Source of the DNA: Zancudomyces culisetae HAW-14-8
Taxonomy: Eukaryota > Fungi > Kickxellomycota
Reading direction: 5' to 3'
Length of the DNA: 64,000 nucleotides
Assembly (NCBI GenBank): GCA_052426225.1
Contig: JBNJNM010000021.1
Span: 930,001 to 994,000, forward strand
Shown: positions 59,441-64,000 of the stretch, piece after piece
Numbering within the stretch: position 1 is the first letter of the stretch
How the letters are laid out: each line of letters opens with the position of its first letter
Position numbers and translations under genes: made by a program
The notes under the pieces: generated by a model
What the model was told of the DNA's origin: nothing
What the model saw: only the letters and a program-made list of their open reading frames with translations
Database searches by the model: none

Positions 59441-62400
59441 CTAGGTCAAAATAGGTAAACTACAATAAACAACTAGCTTATTCGAGGAAAATCGTGCGTC
59501 GTCATTCGCAGCTTCGTTACTAAGCTCGATTACAATAGACACAGCTACCACAGGCACAGCTGCGCTATTGCTAGCATCAACACTATTGTCGCCCCTTGGA
59601 CTAGTTTGTGGTATTGGTGATGAGAATACCTTGAAAACCGATTGATGTACCAAAATCGGAAACAGTACCGAAAACCCACATTTATCTTCGCTGATGTGAA
59701 TTACGCTTTTATCGACTACAGGTTGACCTGAAGCTTTGAAAGTGTCCAAATTAATGACTAGAGGTAAAATGGGAATACCAAACTGATTGGTATTGTTCAA
59801 GATAAAATCGTCAGCGCAGTTGATGGTCAGCCTGTTAAAAGTGCTAAAAAGCTTTGGTTTAAGTTTGAATTTCAGCACACTAAGAACCTCAACGGTTTCA
59901 AGATGTGGACTTGGATGGTGTAGCTTTTTTGTGCTGATCGGTTGACGAGACTGTGGATCTTTTACAACTTGATCCAATAGTTTCAGTCGGATGCCACCCT
60001 GTTTTAACAACACTTGTTGAGTATACCCCTTAGGCTGGCTTAAAGGCGGAGCTGAACTACTAATCGCCGTGTTGTGTGACTTTTGTGGCTGCAGCAAGGT
60101 TGCTGGGCTGTCTGTAGATTTTGACAACGATGTCGGATTCGATGAAGCATTGTCATTTTCAGTATGATCCAGCAAATTTTCGTCATGAATAATCTCAACG
60201 TGTTCATTTTTCTCAAAAGTTAGACCCTTATCTAAATGCGGTTGATTCAAGCTATTAGTCGTAGAGGACTCTTTATTCAATTCCAACGGCATTATTGGGA
60301 TTTCCTCGGAATTTTGGCCATTGCTAAGCGTGTCTGATTTGTGTTTGTTTGCATCGCTGCGTTTTATATAAAAGCGCGTGTCTACACCTTTTGCAGGCTT
60401 TATAGATCTTTGGTGTCGCTTATTCGAGTTATCATCAGTATTTCCCGGGCCGAGATTTGACGATGGGATTTCTCCGACATTTGAATTTTCAAAGATTTCA
60501 AACGCATTTATAAGTGCATGCTTTGTATCAGGAATGGAGAGTAGCTCAGAGTCAACTAGAGCTGTGTCCAATATAGGTCTTAAACCCTCGGGGATTTCAA
60601 CCCTGGATTGAGCAGTTGGTGCTATAGGATTTAGTTCATATGAATTGATAAACGACTTTAGAAGACTTGCACTAAGGCATAACTCTCCATCAGGTAAAGA
60701 TGTTGGGGAATCGATTTTTGGCATAGGCGTGCTGAGTTGGCTAGATTTCTTGACAAGGCCGTTCCACACTGAATCCACAGATCCAGGATTTGTCGATATT
60801 GATTTACGAATACTCACTAGCACCCACTGTAGTAGTCCGAAATCGCTGTATTTAGAGCTATCTCTATATGTTTTGACTTTTTCAACGCTCGCAATACCAA
60901 ATGTTACGATTTCTCCAAGTTGTTCGCGCCTTGTTTCAATCAACTCCTCGTCATACCCACCATCTTCAACAATACTCTCAAACCGACAAAACAATTCGAC
61001 GTATAGTTTAACTAGCGCTTTAAATGTCACAACATAGTCAATACCTGCCTCTTTATGATTAGCCAAAAAGCGGGCATTCAAAATATCTTTGATTAGCTGC
61101 TCTATCTGTGTAGAATGTGTTAGTAGCTGGCAATACTCGCCAATAAGATAGATAGATGCATTAAACACCTCAGCAATAAACCCTGCTCCGCCAGCTCTGT
61201 GGCGTCTATCAGTATTGTTCATTACATAGCCAATTAGCGTGTGTACACTATACTTTCGGAGTGTTTTCACTCTTGCCGTCACATCTATTATTTGACCCGC
61301 GATTTTTCCATATGTGCTGGCTACTCTGCCATTCTCCACTAAACTCATTAATATCGCCAGGCACCAATCAAATCTTTTCACCAAACTATAATTATTGTGA
61401 CTTAGCATGGCCAAAACTGTTGTTATGATTTTCTCTCTATATATACTTTCGTCACAAACTCCGATCTCTACGCTTTTGTCGTTTAAAAGCTCGGTGTCTT
61501 CCACGTCAAAATTTTCTTCACTATCATTTATTAAGAACAGCTTTTTTTCGAGTTCGTTCTCATCCTCTTCAGCGAGAATGTTTGTAGCTGACAACTCTAG
61601 TTGCTTGACTAGCTTCTCAACTATTTCCTCTATATTACTTTTGTTTGCCTATTTTTATTTTTATTTTGTATTGTACTTTGTTTACCGAGAATACATTTAT
61701 CGCGCCTCTAGCATGCAAGTATATATGGTTTAGCAAAATCTTGCAATCATACTAAATTTCGTTTTCTCACCATAAACTCGACTACATTTAAAGCTTTCAT
61801 CCTGATCCCGATATCCACATCATCTAGCCCCTTAATAACCGTATCAATATATGCAATTCCCAATTCTGGGCACTTTCTCTGTAAAACTGCCAATGTTTCA
61901 AATCCTAAATACTGTACTATTTTTTATTGACACAATCCCAACCCCCCACCCCCGACATACATACAACACCACATGTACATAGGATTAAACGAGTTTAGTG
62001 GCTTTCATATAAGAAGATAGGTTAAAAAATATAGAAAACCAAGGAGACTTACAGTTTTGATCTTTCGAATAAATAAACTGCGAAAGTTTTTCTGCACATA
62101 TCTCTGCCATAGTAGATCCATCTTGTTGCTCTCCTGAACCTTTTATACTGTAATCTATTACATTTCCCACCACGGCTGTATTTATCCCTTCATATAACAA
62201 TGATGATGCATTGGTGTTATTAATTAGCTTAAGCAGTGGCTCATACAGTTTCTTGGCCAATCTAGGCTCCTGTGGTGCAAGCATAGCAAATAACTTTACA
62301 ATCTTTATCACCATCCAATTACTGTCTGACTCGTTTAGTAGCCGATATAATTTTGGTGCTAATGGAAGATAGCTTCTTGGATCTTCTTTTGCCAGCTCAC

Positions 62401-63671
62401 ATATTACCGTTGCAGTTGCCGAAACAACTTCTATTTATTATAATAATCCGCATTAGTAATGTAGTATTGCCCTGGAATTCCACGTATGCATTATATGGGT
62501 AAAAAACAATTTTTTCTATATCAGTTTATATACGACACACAAGTGTACCACCACAGTTATAAAATATATTACTCATTTTCATTGAAAATGAATAGATACT
62601 TTAATAAAGGTATTATAAAAACAGAATAACAAAGATTCAATAAAGTTACCGTTATCGTCATCTCCCAATCGTTCCTTAAGTATAGGAATTACTCGGCTAG
62701 CCACCTCATTGGACTTTTTCAGCAGTTTGTATAAAACAAATATGGCCTTCTTTCTAATGAATCCAAACTCATGTTTGGAAACCCGTAATATATCTTCAAT
62801 GAGATCCAATCCCAAATCTCTAGTCATCAGCTCGTTAAGTCCCTCTAAAGCCAGGCTTACCTCCATCACGTCTCTAGACATCAAATCCTAACATCAAACG
62901 TTAATTTTAGTCCATTATGTGCATATCTTTCATAAAAACACACACAGGCAGGTAATAATAGTCAAATATCTTATAATTGTAAGTCAGTTTCCCCCAACAC
63001 ATTCCCTATGATCTCTCCCCCCTACTCATACCGCTATACCCACACCAACCACCAATGCCTATACTACTAGTATTTGCCCTCTCCCTGATATATTTTTCAA
63101 TTCCTTGTCATGTTCCGTTTAACAGTATATATACGATTCTCAAGTAGAGAAACCGAAATAAAAGTTGTAAACCTGCTTTGATTTTGCTTACCTTTCTAAA
63201 GAGATTTGTAGTCAGCATTAAGACTTCTGTTTCTTCATGGAATGACTGGATCGCTGCTAAATATCCTATTCTTTTTTCCTCATAAGACGCTAAGGCCATA
63301 ACTTCAACAACGTTAAATGAAGCCCATTTTATATCATACCCCAACATTTGCAGCTATTCGGTATTTTAATCGATTATAGAATTTGTTCAGCGTTATATTT
63401 CTTCCCCTCCCCCCGCTTGTTTCTGCGTTCATCATTTCAATTTAATTGTAGATAGTAAGCCATTTTGATTATCACCCCGAAAAGTGTCAAGAGATTGGTA
63501 AATAAAGGTACTTACATATATTAGCTTGGAAAGTGCAGTTGACTTGACTTCTGGATCTGTTGAGTTTATCTCTTTTTGTATCAACATCAGGTTTTTTTCC
63601 AGGTACTTGTACTCATTTCGTTTATTTGATCGAAGACCTTTTATAAAGTCTTTAAGGTTTTTTTCGAACAT
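59441..63671 (-). CDS. APL5: AP-3 complex subunit delta (Apl5/AP3D1), multi-exon
   Basis: MFEKNLKDFIKGLRS; MLGYDIKWASFNVVEVMA; KRIGYLAAIQSF; LMLTTNLFRK; IRKKA; VICELAKEDPRSYLPLAP; NWMVIKIVKLF..L.P.EPRL.KKL; FDW; YELNPIAPTAQSRVEIPEGL. Confidence 0.95.
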
Positions 63672-64000
63672 TGCTATTAAGGGGAACAAGTAAATTCAGG
63701 CTATTGTTTGTACACTTTTCTCTGTTCTAGTCACCATGAAAACTCTTAAAATATTGGATTCCTATGTATTTGAATTTTTTCTAAATGAAAATAAAACGGC
63801 GGCTTACGTAAATAAATAACTGATTATATCAAAATCTAACAAATTGTTGGAAAAGGAAACGGGTTTTGCGTTTATATCAGAAACAACCATTATTATGCTA
63901 TTCTCAAATCCAAAATGTCAAGATACTAATAATCCTAAAGTTTATTTGTGAAATTTAGGAACTAGAACATTAAAAAATGAATTTGGGTACCATTCACCCC

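Noticed and set aside
44706-63671. Apparent clustering of membrane-trafficking and signalling genes (GPLD1, CaM-like, EHD, AP-3 delta)
   Set aside because: Unrelated families with mixed orientation; no evidence of a functional cluster without synteny data.
1-64000. Selenoprotein (in-frame TGA/SECIS), tRNA, rRNA or transposon
   Set aside because: Looked for by eye because some early-diverging fungi use Sec; none recognised. tRNAscan-SE, Infernal and SECISearch would be needed to exclude them.

Overview
AT-rich eukaryotic (fungal) chromosomal DNA with short GT-AG introns. Gene content (GPI-PLD, EHD, proteinase-K-type subtilases) suggests an early-diverging fungus, possibly Kickxellomycotina/Harpellales; this is an inference. 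About 18 protein genes: a partial ORF at the left edge, NOB1, a GCK-III/STE20 kinase, Esc2/Rad60-like, a SAM methyltransferase, two alpha-arrestins, TOR, a LYR-motif-like protein, two divergent subtilases, an FSH1 hydrolase, DBP4, GPLD1-like, a divergent calmodulin, EHD, a secreted Ser/Thr-repeat protein, PP1 inhibitor-2 and AP-3 delta. A U6 snRNA gene missing from the ORF track lies at 57024-57148 (-). Most notable: (1) three convergent gene pairs whose coding ends overlap, all in the same codon register, despite multi-kb spacers elsewhere; (2) a U6 with a rebuilt 3' end carrying an extra UNCG hairpin; (3) a dumbbell-shaped secreted protein with two homologous Cys-bounded domains joined by a hierarchical TSS/TPS repeat; (4) TOR ATP-pocket substitutions; (5) a subtilase paralog lacking the oxyanion Asn. 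Exon boundaries were read by eye. No tRNA, rRNA, CRISPR array or transposon was recognised.
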